Source: a virus
Taxonomy: Duplodnaviria; Caudoviricetes
Length of the DNA: 30,231 nt
Virus record (IMG/VR): IMGVR_UViG_3300030372_003985
Coordinates: 1 to 30,231 of that record
Strand: one strand, 5' to 3'
Below are positions 17,700 to 24,809 of the stretch, piece by piece. Made by a program: the position numbers and the translations under genes. Below the pieces are notes generated by a model. It had not been told where the DNA came from, ran no database searches, and saw only the letters and a list, made by a program, of their open reading frames with translations. Position 1 is the first letter of the stretch. Every line of letters begins with the position of its first letter.

Positions 17700-18131
17700 A
17701 TGTTAATTCCATGCCGTCATTGTGGCAAGTTGGGAAACAAACCAACTGCCACAAACATAAAAAATATGGTTTGCGATCATTGTGGTGCGCAAACCATGAA
17801 AACCGAACCAAACAAGATAATTACGTCTTGTGAAGAGTGCGGGCTTGCTCAGCAAATACCAATTGATCAATATGATTACTGGAGATGTAAAAGTTGTGGT
17901 GCTAAGCAGAATCATCCAATCAAACGCCCGATCAATGGTGCTGGTTATGGGTTTAGTGTCGAAGTCTCGAAGACTACGATTAATTTACCTAATGATCTTA
18001 TGAAAGCACTTGATGATCATCTTGTTCAGATCAATCATTGGGAGGGTCTAAAAAAAAATCGACCGGCAAAAGTAAAGAGAGGTCAATTTATCAGAATGCT
18101 CTTGAAACAACACTTCGGATTCAAACAATAA
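17700..18131 (+). CDS. Double zinc-ribbon plus ribbon-helix-helix-like DNA-binding protein
   Basis: Four CxxC motifs; KTTINLPNDLMKALD...RGQFIRMLL is an RHH pattern. Confidence 0.6.
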   Translation: MLIPCRHCGKLGNKPTATNIKNMVCDHCGAQTMKTEPNKIITSCEECGLAQQIPIDQYDYWRCKSCGAKQNHPIKRPINGAGYGFSVEVSKTTINLPNDLMKALDDHLVQINHWEGLKKNRPAKVKRGQFIRMLLKQHFGFKQ

Positions 18132-18139
18132 ATTGAGAG

Positions 18140-18300
18140 GGTGTGGTTGAAGGTGAGATCGTTGGGCCTACTCCAACCACAATGGCCCATCACACCATAA
18201 CACAAAAATAAAAAAAAGTCGGGTTTGCTTATCAATCACTTTCAAAAACTTGGCCCGTTGTTCCCCAAAAAAATTAAAACCCGACTCCCGGTTGATCCGG
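18140..18300 (-). ncRNA. Candidate structured RNA/regulatory element
   Basis: Interleaved helices 18142-52/18171-81 and 18163-68/18184-89, plus a 10-bp stem 18217-26/18277-86. G-U pairing favours the minus strand. Confidence 0.35.
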
Positions 18301-18329
18301 AATTAGAAACATAACTGATAAAAAAGAAA

Positions 18330-18545
18330 ATGAAAACACAAAAAGATCAATTTGAAAAATATAGAAGAATGGCACGACATCTATTTCATCAAAGTTTTGG
18401 AAAAAAATCTTATGTTGTTGTTTGTTCAGAGCCTTTATATTTTGGCAAAAGAAACAAGAAGTTCAGAGTGTTTGAGAAAAGCACATACACCAGTCATTCA
18501 AAAATAAAACGAAAATACCCCTATGAGGTCTTTAGATATGAGTAA
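18330..18545 (+). CDS. Basic hypothetical protein
   Basis: 71 aa; its end overlaps the next gene start. Confidence 0.6.
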   Translation: MKTQKDQFEKYRRMARHLFHQSFGKKSYVVVCSEPLYFGKRNKKFRVFEKSTYTSHSKIKRKYPYEVFRYE

Positions 18546-19176
18546 AAAGAAACAACCCGCTGCGATCTATATGAACATTGACGATCTATATCCAGCACCT
18601 GACAACCCAAGAGTCAATGACCATGTTGTTGATAAAGTGGTGCGATCAATTCAACTTCATGGATTCGCCGCGCCAATCGTTGCAAACCTTCAAGGAGAAA
18701 TCTTGGCCGGTCATACAAGATGGAAAGCCGGCAAGAAGATCGGTATGGAAAAAGTTCCAGTTCGTCAAATGGATTTAACAGGTGATCAAGCAAGATTGTA
18801 TCGAATAGCCGACAACAAACTTTCTGAGTTTGCTGATTGGGATGAGGGTATGTTGAAAGAACAATTGGCGAACCTTGAAAAGGCTTTTCCGGTTGATATT
18901 GCTGATCTCTTTACTGATGATGAGTTGGAAGAAATCTTAACATCAGCAGATCAATTATGGAGTGATGCTCTTGACGCACTTCCTGAAGGGGAAAAATCCC
19001 CTTACCAGCAAATGACATTCTCATTACATGATATGCAGGCAGAAGTTATTCAGGAGTCAATTAAATTAAGTAATAAAATTCATTCGTATGCAGACTTTGA
19101 AAACACAAATAAAAACGCAAACGCTTTAACTCGAATTTGTGAAGTCTTCTTATCTTTGGAGCGTAAAAATGGGTGA
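18538..19176 (+). CDS. ParB/Srx-like N-terminal domain protein
   Basis: NPRVN, SIQLHGF..PIV, ILAGHTRWKA and YRIADNKL motifs. ATG 18538 preferred. Confidence 0.88.
   Translation: MSKKKQPAAIYMNIDDLYPAPDNPRVNDHVVDKVVRSIQLHGFAAPIVANLQGEILAGHTRWKAGKKIGMEKVPVRQMDLTGDQARLYRIADNKLSEFADWDEGMLKEQLANLEKAFPVDIADLFTDDELEEILTSADQLWSDALDALPEGEKSPYQQMTFSLHDMQAEVIQESIKLSNKIHSYADFENTNKNANALTRICEVFLSLERKNG
18557..18929 (+). repeat. ParB-domain duplication (second copy 20071-20443)
   Basis: Colinear 373-bp diverged direct repeat at offset 1514, with mostly synonymous differences. Confidence 0.95.
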
Positions 19177-19981
19177 GGCAAAAAAAATTATTGTTAAACC
19201 AATTTCTTCAAAAAGAGCAAGAGATATTGTGAAAAAGTTTCATTATAGTGGAAAAGTGTGTAACAATAGCAACTTCCATCTTGGTGTTTTTTATAAGGGA
19301 GTTCTTGAAGGTGCAATTCAATTTGGTCCGCCAATTGATAAGAGAAAGTTAATTCATCTTGTGCCCGGAACAAAATGGTCTCAAATGTTAGAGTTAAATA
19401 GAATGGCTTTTAGTGATGTTCTTCCCCGTAACTCTGAGTCAAGAGCTATGGGTTATGTTTTTAAAATGTTAAAAAAACACAGGCCAGATATAAAGTGGGT
19501 TGTTTCGTTTTCAGACGCTACTCAATGTGGGGATGGTGTAATTTATCGTGCATCTGGATTTATTTTAAGTGCAATAAAAAGAAGTGATAATTTAGCCAAG
19601 CTACCCAATGGGGATGTTATACATAAAATGACGTTGCATTCAAATCCATTGAAAAAACGAGCAGAGTTAGGTAACAAATCTTTTTATGATGTGACAGGGG
19701 GGAAGTACAATTGGAAGTTATATTGTAAAATTGCAAATGCTGTTATTTTGCCGGGTTACCAATTGCGATATATTAAATTTATTGATGCTTCTTGGGAAAA
19801 AAAATTGACAGTAACACCAATTCCTTTTAATGAAATACCTACACATGTAAAAATGTATAAAGGAAAAAAAATAATGCGGTTGCCTGATAAGGAGGCCTCT
19901 GGGGACCACCCAGAGAAAGGCGGTGCGAACCCGACCCAGCCGCTCCAATTTTTACAGGTGTCTAATGAAAAGAAAAAATAA
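19169..19981 (+). CDS. mom: Mom-family (GNAT-fold) DNA adenine modification protein
   Basis: HYS, GAIQFG, LELNRM, PRNSESR and VSFSD...G.G.IYRASGF match the Mu Mom-like family. ATG 19169 follows GGAG. Confidence 0.8.
   Translation: MGEAKKIIVKPISSKRARDIVKKFHYSGKVCNNSNFHLGVFYKGVLEGAIQFGPPIDKRKLIHLVPGTKWSQMLELNRMAFSDVLPRNSESRAMGYVFKMLKKHRPDIKWVVSFSDATQCGDGVIYRASGFILSAIKRSDNLAKLPNGDVIHKMTLHSNPLKKRAELGNKSFYDVTGGKYNWKLYCKIANAVILPGYQLRYIKFIDASWEKKLTVTPIPFNEIPTHVKMYKGKKIMRLPDKEASGDHPEKGGANPTQPLQFLQVSNEKKK
19876..19947 (+). tRNA. Non-canonical tRNA-Gly(ACC)-like element inside the mom 3' end
   Basis: Acceptor stem GCGGTTG/CAGCCGC with T discriminator and CCA. Anticodon arm CTCTGG-GGACCAC-CCAGAG. T-arm GGCGG-TGCGAAC-CCG(A)CC. 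Short D-arm CCT/AGG. Confidence 0.72.
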
Positions 19982-21713
19982 AAGTAATCCAAAGAAATCG
20001 TATCTTGAAAGCCGGCCGGAATCAGTAAAAAGATCCATATCGGCCATCAAGCAAGGAGCAACCATTGAATCCGCCGCGATCTACATGAGCATTGACGATC
20101 TATATCCAGCACCTGACAACCCAAGAGTTAACGATCATGTTGTTGATAAAGTAGTTCGGTCAATTCAGCTTCATGGGTTTGCATCACCAATTGTTGCAAA
20201 CCTTCAAGGTGAAATCTTAGCCGGTCATACCAGGTGGAAAGCAGCCAAGAAGATCAACATGGAAAAAGTTCCAGTTCGCCAAATGGATCTAACAGGCGAC
20301 CAGGCGAAGTTGTACAGAATAGCCGACAATAAGCTTTCTGAGTTTGCTGATTGGGATGAAGATATGCTCAAAGAACAACTTGCAGATCTTGAGAAGGCTT
20401 TTCCTGTTGACGTTGCTGATCTCTTTACTGATGATGAGTTGGAGGAGTTGTTGAGTGACAAAGAGGATTTTCAACTTGAAGAAGAGCCCGATTATTCAAA
20501 CGAGAATGAACACGATCATTTTGATCAACCAACTGAATCAAGATTCAAGACTGGTCATGTTGAGGAAGTAGGAAGACAAAAAATAATTTGTGGTGATTGT
20601 ATCGAAGTTCTTAAGTCAATGCCCGATAACTCAGTTGATGCAATCGTTTGTGATCCTCCTTATCAGATTGTGTTCATGGGTAAAGACTGGGATCAAGAGT
20701 TTGATACTGAAGAATGGGCCCGTCAATGTTTGCGAGTACTCAAGCCCGGTGGACACTTGATCGCCTTTGCAGCCACAAGAACAATTCACAAGATTATGTA
20801 TTCACTCGAGAATCAAGGATTTGAAATTCGGGATCTGATAAGTTGGATTTATTTTTCTGGCTTTCCAAAAAGTCATAATGTATCAAAAGCAATTGATAAA
20901 CACTTTGGAGCAGAAAGAGAAGTTGTTGGAATAAAAGAAAGGAATAATAGTCAAGTATTTACAGAAATAGGTCAATTGAAAGCTGAAAAATTTATATACT
21001 CAAAACCAGCCACAAAAGAAGCGATCAAATACGATGGTTGGGGTTCAGCACTGAAACCAGCCCAAGAGCCAGCCGTTCTTTGTAGAAAGCCACTTGAAAA
21101 AGGTTTGTCTATTGCGGAGAATGTTCTGAAGTGGGGGACTGGTGGATTGAATATTGATGCTTGTAGGTTTGGTTATGGTGATCCTTGTTGGGTTGGTGAT
21201 ACAAGTGAGCGCAAACCAATAGAAGCGAAAATAAATCCAAATGCAAAACATAAGAATATTGATGGTAGAATGCAAAAAAACACCAGTGATCTAATTATTG
21301 ATAATTGGTCACCAAAAGGAAGATGGCCCGCAAATATATATCAGTGTCCAAAAGCATCAAGAGGTGAAAGAGAAGAAGGGTTGGAAGATCATAAAAGCAG
21401 GTGGAATTCTGCTGTTGAACATGCCGGAGTTGGCACAAAGGCTCTTAATAATCCAAGAGCCGGTGCTGGGAGAACAGCAAATGAAGTTAAGAACTTTCAT
21501 CCTACTGTTAAGCCGGTGAAATTAATGAGTTGGTTGGTTCGGTTGGTAACTCCGATCGATGGAATAGTAGTTGATACCTTTTGCGGATCTGGAACAACTC
21601 TTGTAGCTACTGAACTCGAAGGAAAATATCAAGGAGTAGGGATTGAGATGAATCCGGAATACTGTGATATTATTTTTGGGAGGGTGAAACATGCCAGCAA
21701 AAAAGAAAAGTAA
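19965..21713 (+). CDS. Chimeric TerS-N / ParB-like / beta-class N6A-N4C DNA methyltransferase
   Basis: DPPY precedes HPTVKP and DTFCGSGTT. Contains the ParB repeat and an N-terminal copy of terS. ATG 19965 preferred over 19923. Confidence 0.88.
   Translation: MKRKNKSNPKKSYLESRPESVKRSISAIKQGATIESAAIYMSIDDLYPAPDNPRVNDHVVDKVVRSIQLHGFASPIVANLQGEILAGHTRWKAAKKINMEKVPVRQMDLTGDQAKLYRIADNKLSEFADWDEDMLKEQLADLEKAFPVDVADLFTDDELEELLSDKEDFQLEEEPDYSNENEHDHFDQPTESRFKTGHVEEVGRQKIICGDCIEVLKSMPDNSVDAIVCDPPYQIVFMGKDWDQEFDTEEWARQCLRVLKPGGHLIAFAATRTIHKIMYSLENQGFEIRDLISWIYFSGFPKSHNVSKAIDKHFGAEREVVGIKERNNSQVFTEIGQLKAEKFIYSKPATKEAIKYDGWGSALKPAQEPAVLCRKPLEKGLSIAENVLKWGTGGLNIDACRFGYGDPCWVGDTSERKPIEAKINPNAKHKNIDGRMQKNTSDLIIDNWSPKGRWPANIYQCPKASRGEREEGLEDHKSRWNSAVEHAGVGTKALNNPRAGAGRTANEVKNFHPTVKPVKLMSWLVRLVTPIDGIVVDTFCGSGTTLVATELEGKYQGVGIEMNPEYCDIIFGRVKHASKKEK
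19981..20077 (+). repeat. Diverged copy of the terS 5' end (21707-21803)
   Basis: KSNPKKSYLESRPESVKR(S/F)ISAIKQGATIESAA is present in both proteins. Confidence 0.95.
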
Positions 21714-22146
21714 TCCAAAGAAGTCATACCTTGAATCAAGACCGGAATCAGTGAAAAGATTTATATCGGCTATCAAGCAAGGTGCAACCATTGAATCCGC
21801 TGCAGGATTCGCTGGTCTTTCTGTTTCAGTAATTTACCACTATCTCTCAAAAGGTAGGCAAGAGGAAAAAGGGATATACAAAACATTCTTCGATGAGTAC
21901 AAAAAGGCCAAGGGTTCTTTGATGTTGAAACATCTGATGATCATACATAAAGCAGCCGAGAATGATTGGCGGGCATCAAAATATATTCTCGAATCACAGT
22001 TCGGAATGGTGCCACAATACAAACCAGAGATCGAGATCAATATCAATTTTGAACAAGCAGACACAAAAGACTTGATAGAACAACTGAAGAAAACAGATGA
22101 TCTCTTGAACCTTAAAGGTCCGATCATCGACATCGAAGAAGAATAA
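21691..22146 (+). CDS. terS: Terminase small subunit
   Basis: HTH-like IESAAGFAGLSVSVIYHYL and DWRASKYILE motif; directly upstream of terL; GGAGG RBS. Confidence 0.75.
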   Translation: MPAKKKSNPKKSYLESRPESVKRFISAIKQGATIESAAGFAGLSVSVIYHYLSKGRQEEKGIYKTFFDEYKKAKGSLMLKHLMIIHKAAENDWRASKYILESQFGMVPQYKPEIEININFEQADTKDLIEQLKKTDDLLNLKGPIIDIEEE

Positions 22147-22169
22147 AATATAAATAAATAAATATTGAA

Positions 22170-22194
22170 ATTTATCTATCTAAAACAAATGTTC
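22170..22194 (+). promoter_or_regulatory. Upstream motif copy B
   Basis: ATTTATCTATCTAAAACAAATGTTC before terL. Confidence 0.5.
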
Positions 22195-22208
22195 CTGAGA
22201 ATGTCATT

Positions 22209-23684
22209 ATGACAAAAAAGCAGACCGATCTTCGTGACCAGGTCAAGTTGAGAAACCAACTTCTTGAAATACAGAAGAACACACCATTGGCTCTTGCGAA
22301 GTTGTGGACCCCTCATTGTCATCGGTTTGATGGTTTGGCCTCGAAGTCAAAGAGAAAGATAGGTTGTGGCAAACCTATGGAAAGAGTTAAGGGAAATATC
22401 TGGGAGTGTTCCACATGCAACATTCAAGAACAAAGAACAAGCCAACAAGATCCCTTCTTTGATCTTGGCCAAGAAGCTACAAGTGTGTTTGGTGGAAACA
22501 GAGCAGGAAAATCTGAGATCGGTGCAATGTTTTCAGTTGCCACTTGTGCGGGCTCGGATGAATGGTGGGTCCGTCAATGGTTGGAGAACAATAATTTGCC
22601 AATCGATATTGTTCCAAAGAAACCAAGTGATGTTATGGTGAGTGCATTATCATATTCTGATGCGCTTGCTTACGTAAGACCAAAGATCACAAAATATCTT
22701 CCAGCTGGTTGTAAGTTCAAAAACTGGAATAGTCACAATCGGGCCAAAGTTATTTTGCCAAACGGCGGATCGATCATCTCAATGAGTGCTGATTCCGGTC
22801 GTAAGAAATATCAAGGAATTGGAAATATCAAACTGGCTTGGTTGGATGAAGAACACCCACAAGACATATTCGAGGAGTGTTTGCTTCGTGTGGTTGATGC
22901 ACGTGGTCAGGTACTATTGACAATGACGCCTCTTTTGGGAATCACTTGGCCAAATGAATTGTTTGTGAACACTGAGAAAACCGAATCATTCAAGTATCAC
23001 TTTCTTTCTGGTCTTGATAATCCATGGGTAAGTTCTGTCAAGATGAGGAAAGCAACCGATCACCTTTCTGAAGCATCTCAACAATCAAGATTATATGGTA
23101 GGTTCACAAACCAAACAGGATTGATCTATCCTGAACTTGATAAGAAGATTCATATTATCAAACCTTTTGAGATCCCTAAAGAATGGCCCCGGTATCTTTC
23201 TATTGATTTTGGAGTTGTTAATCCTTTTGCCTGTTTGGTAATTGTTCACGATTCAAAAGACAATACAATCTATGTTGTTGATGAGTACTTCAAAAAGAAC
23301 CAAACCACGATCTACAATGGAAACGAGATCAACAGAAGATTCAAGGATAAGTATGGACCTTTTGAATATGTCGTTTGTGATCCTGAGGATAAAAATGGAA
23401 GAATGCTTCTTACTCGACATTGTGGATTGTACAATAAACCTGCGCCAAAAAGTATGGGGGTTGTGAATACGATAAATCTTTTGAAAGAACGGTTGAAGCT
23501 ACAAGCAGATAACAAACCAAGGCTTTTAATTTTTGATCATTGCAAAGAGTTGATCCGTGAATTCAGATTGTACTCTTGGAAAAAGAACAACCAGAAAGAC
23601 CAGCCCAAAAAAGAGAATGATCATGGTCTTGATGCGCTTAGGTATTTGGTTGCTTTTCTTTATAAAATGAGCTTACATATTTAA
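22209..23684 (+). CDS. terL: Terminase large subunit
   Basis: Walker A GGNRAGKS, Walker B AWLDE, MTP coupling motif, nuclease SIDFG and NDHGLDALRY. Confidence 0.95.
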   Translation: MTKKQTDLRDQVKLRNQLLEIQKNTPLALAKLWTPHCHRFDGLASKSKRKIGCGKPMERVKGNIWECSTCNIQEQRTSQQDPFFDLGQEATSVFGGNRAGKSEIGAMFSVATCAGSDEWWVRQWLENNNLPIDIVPKKPSDVMVSALSYSDALAYVRPKITKYLPAGCKFKNWNSHNRAKVILPNGGSIISMSADSGRKKYQGIGNIKLAWLDEEHPQDIFEECLLRVVDARGQVLLTMTPLLGITWPNELFVNTEKTESFKYHFLSGLDNPWVSSVKMRKATDHLSEASQQSRLYGRFTNQTGLIYPELDKKIHIIKPFEIPKEWPRYLSIDFGVVNPFACLVIVHDSKDNTIYVVDEYFKKNQTTIYNGNEINRRFKDKYGPFEYVVCDPEDKNGRMLLTRHCGLYNKPAPKSMGVVNTINLLKERLKLQADNKPRLLIFDHCKELIREFRLYSWKKNNQKDQPKKENDHGLDALRYLVAFLYKMSLHI

Positions 23685-23691
23685 CAATAAA

Positions 23692-23767
23692 AGAGTAATA
23701 TTCTATTGCGGGGCGTGAAAATACTGATTATAATAGTACATGTAAGAAGGAACTTACAAACAACAAA
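23692..23767 (+). promoter_or_regulatory. Promoter/leader of cassette 2
   Basis: AGAGTAATATTC box, TTGCGG-17-TATAAT (23706-23734), and a 40-bp repeat shared with 10339-10378. Confidence 0.8.
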
Positions 23768-23776
23768 GGAAAACAA

Positions 23777-23995
23777 ATGAGTAATTACAGAATAGAAAAA
23801 TGGTGTGAAAAGGTTCAGATTATACTTCGTGAAAACAATAAATCTTTTGAAAAAACATATCTTGTATACCATAAACCCACTGATACTGTTGGTGTAGTTA
23901 TTGATGAAGGCGAAAATTTTTACAGCGTTCTCTGGCTTGATGAAGATGAAATTGAACCAGATATGATCGGAAAGAGCTTAGTGAGTTTAGTATAA
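23777..23995 (+). CDS. Hypothetical protein
   Basis: AAAGGA RBS downstream of the promoter. Confidence 0.8.
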   Translation: MSNYRIEKWCEKVQIILRENNKSFEKTYLVYHKPTDTVGVVIDEGENFYSVLWLDEDEIEPDMIGKSLVSLV

Positions 23996-24003
23996 ACTTT
24001 AAC

Positions 24004-24042
24004 CAACCCGGACCTCTTCGGGGGTCCACAACAAAAAGGAAA
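24004..24042 (+). repeat. 39-bp intergenic hairpin+RBS repeat, copy 1
   Basis: CAACCCGGACCTC-TTCG-GGGGTCCACAACAAAAAGGAAA; one mismatch against 24274-24312. Confidence 0.92.
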
Positions 24043-24048
24043 AAATCA

Positions 24049-24270
24049 ATGACATTTGTAGAAGAAAAATATGAAGCGGGTGAGATCATCTATCCAGTGG
24101 ATTTTGAAGAAGTATTAGAAGAGCTACATGTAGAAGATATTGATCTGGATGAATACTTTGAAGCAACCATTGATCTTTTAGATCTTGAAACTGGATTTCA
24201 GGTAACCGTTCTGTTGTCTTGGTGGCTTGATCATAACCTCGATCACAACTTCATCATTATTAACGACTAA
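24049..24270 (+). CDS. Highly acidic hypothetical protein
   Basis: AAAGGA RBS; strongly Asp/Glu-rich 73 aa. Confidence 0.8.
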   Translation: MTFVEEKYEAGEIIYPVDFEEVLEELHVEDIDLDEYFEATIDLLDLETGFQVTVLLSWWLDHNLDHNFIIIND

Positions 24271-24273
24271 CAA

Positions 24274-24312
24274 CAACCCGGACCTCTTCGGAGGTCCACA
24301 ACAAAAAGGAAA
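24274..24312 (+). repeat. 39-bp intergenic hairpin+RBS repeat, copy 2
   Basis: GGACCTC-TTCG-GAGGTCC perfect stem. Confidence 0.92.
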
Positions 24313-24319
24313 CAACAAC

Positions 24320-24391
24320 ATGGAACAGATCAAAGACACAATATCAGCAATCAGCTTTTTTATATTTCTCTACATTCTTTTTGGGGTTTAA
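24320..24391 (+). CDS. 23-aa membrane peptide MEQIKDTISAISFFIFLYILFGV
   Basis: Read from the sequence; it has the same hairpin and AAAGGA RBS as the neighbouring gene. Confidence 0.65.
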   Translation: MEQIKDTISAISFFIFLYILFGV

Positions 24392-24393
24392 TA

Positions 24394-24522
24394 ATGATCA
24401 GAATCACATACAAAGATGGGTCATACCTTGATATGGATATGACAATTTCATCAGCTACAAAATTCTTGATGTCGATAATCATTTGCGACAAAGACAAAAT
24501 AGAGAAGATTATTACAGTATGA
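24394..24522 (+). CDS. 42-aa hypothetical protein (MIRITYKDGSYLDM...)
   Basis: Starts 2 nt after the previous stop and has an ATGA overlap with the next gene. Confidence 0.6.
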   Translation: MIRITYKDGSYLDMDMTISSATKFLMSIIICDKDKIEKIITV

Positions 24523-24764
24523 GCACAAAACAACAGATAAGGAAAAGCCAAGACTTTGACTTCTACAAAAAGAAGTCAAAGTTTGTTGGTGGTATCCTGA
24601 GAAACAGAATTCCTAAAGATTGTGAAGTTATACTTATTCGGTCTGAAAAGACCGGTAAATATCTTCAGTTTGAAAAGATGGAGATTGTTGATAAAGATTC
24701 CATTTGGTACAAGAGTGCATCGCTCGCCTTGGTTCTTGAAATCAAAAGAGACAACATGATATAG
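24519..24764 (+). CDS. Basic hypothetical protein (81 aa)
   Basis: ATG 24519 is coupled to the upstream stop; the ORF ends before the terminator. Confidence 0.7.
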   Translation: MSTKQQIRKSQDFDFYKKKSKFVGGILRNRIPKDCEVILIRSEKTGKYLQFEKMEIVDKDSIWYKSASLALVLEIKRDNMI

Positions 24765-24787
24765 ACTTCAACCAACCACAAACCAAT

Positions 24788-24809
24788 AGACTCGAAAGGG
24801 TCTTTTTTT
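24788..24809 (+). terminator. Intrinsic terminator of cassette 2
   Basis: AGACTC-GAAA-GGGTCT plus T-run, similar to the 10710 terminator. Confidence 0.85.

Noticed and set aside
18140-18196. HDV-like ribozyme
   Set aside because: The pseudoknot order is similar, but I could not find the P3/P1.1/P4 elements.
18538-19176. Plasmid-prophage partition system
   Set aside because: There is no ParA or parS array; this is the ParB-like N-terminal domain type found with modification genes near terminases.
19876-19947. Ordinary translational tRNA or integration-site remnant
   Set aside because: It lacks U8, U33 and TTCGA and has a short D-arm and bulged T-stem. All arms still pair, and there is no integrase, so it does not look like an att fragment.
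18557-20443. Diversity-generating retroelement TR/VR pair
   Set aside because: No reverse transcriptase is present, and differences are mostly third-position and not confined to adenines.
24004-24312. CRISPR mini-array
   Set aside because: Only two repeats, the intervening 231 bp holds a full gene, the repeat contains an RBS, and no cas genes are present.
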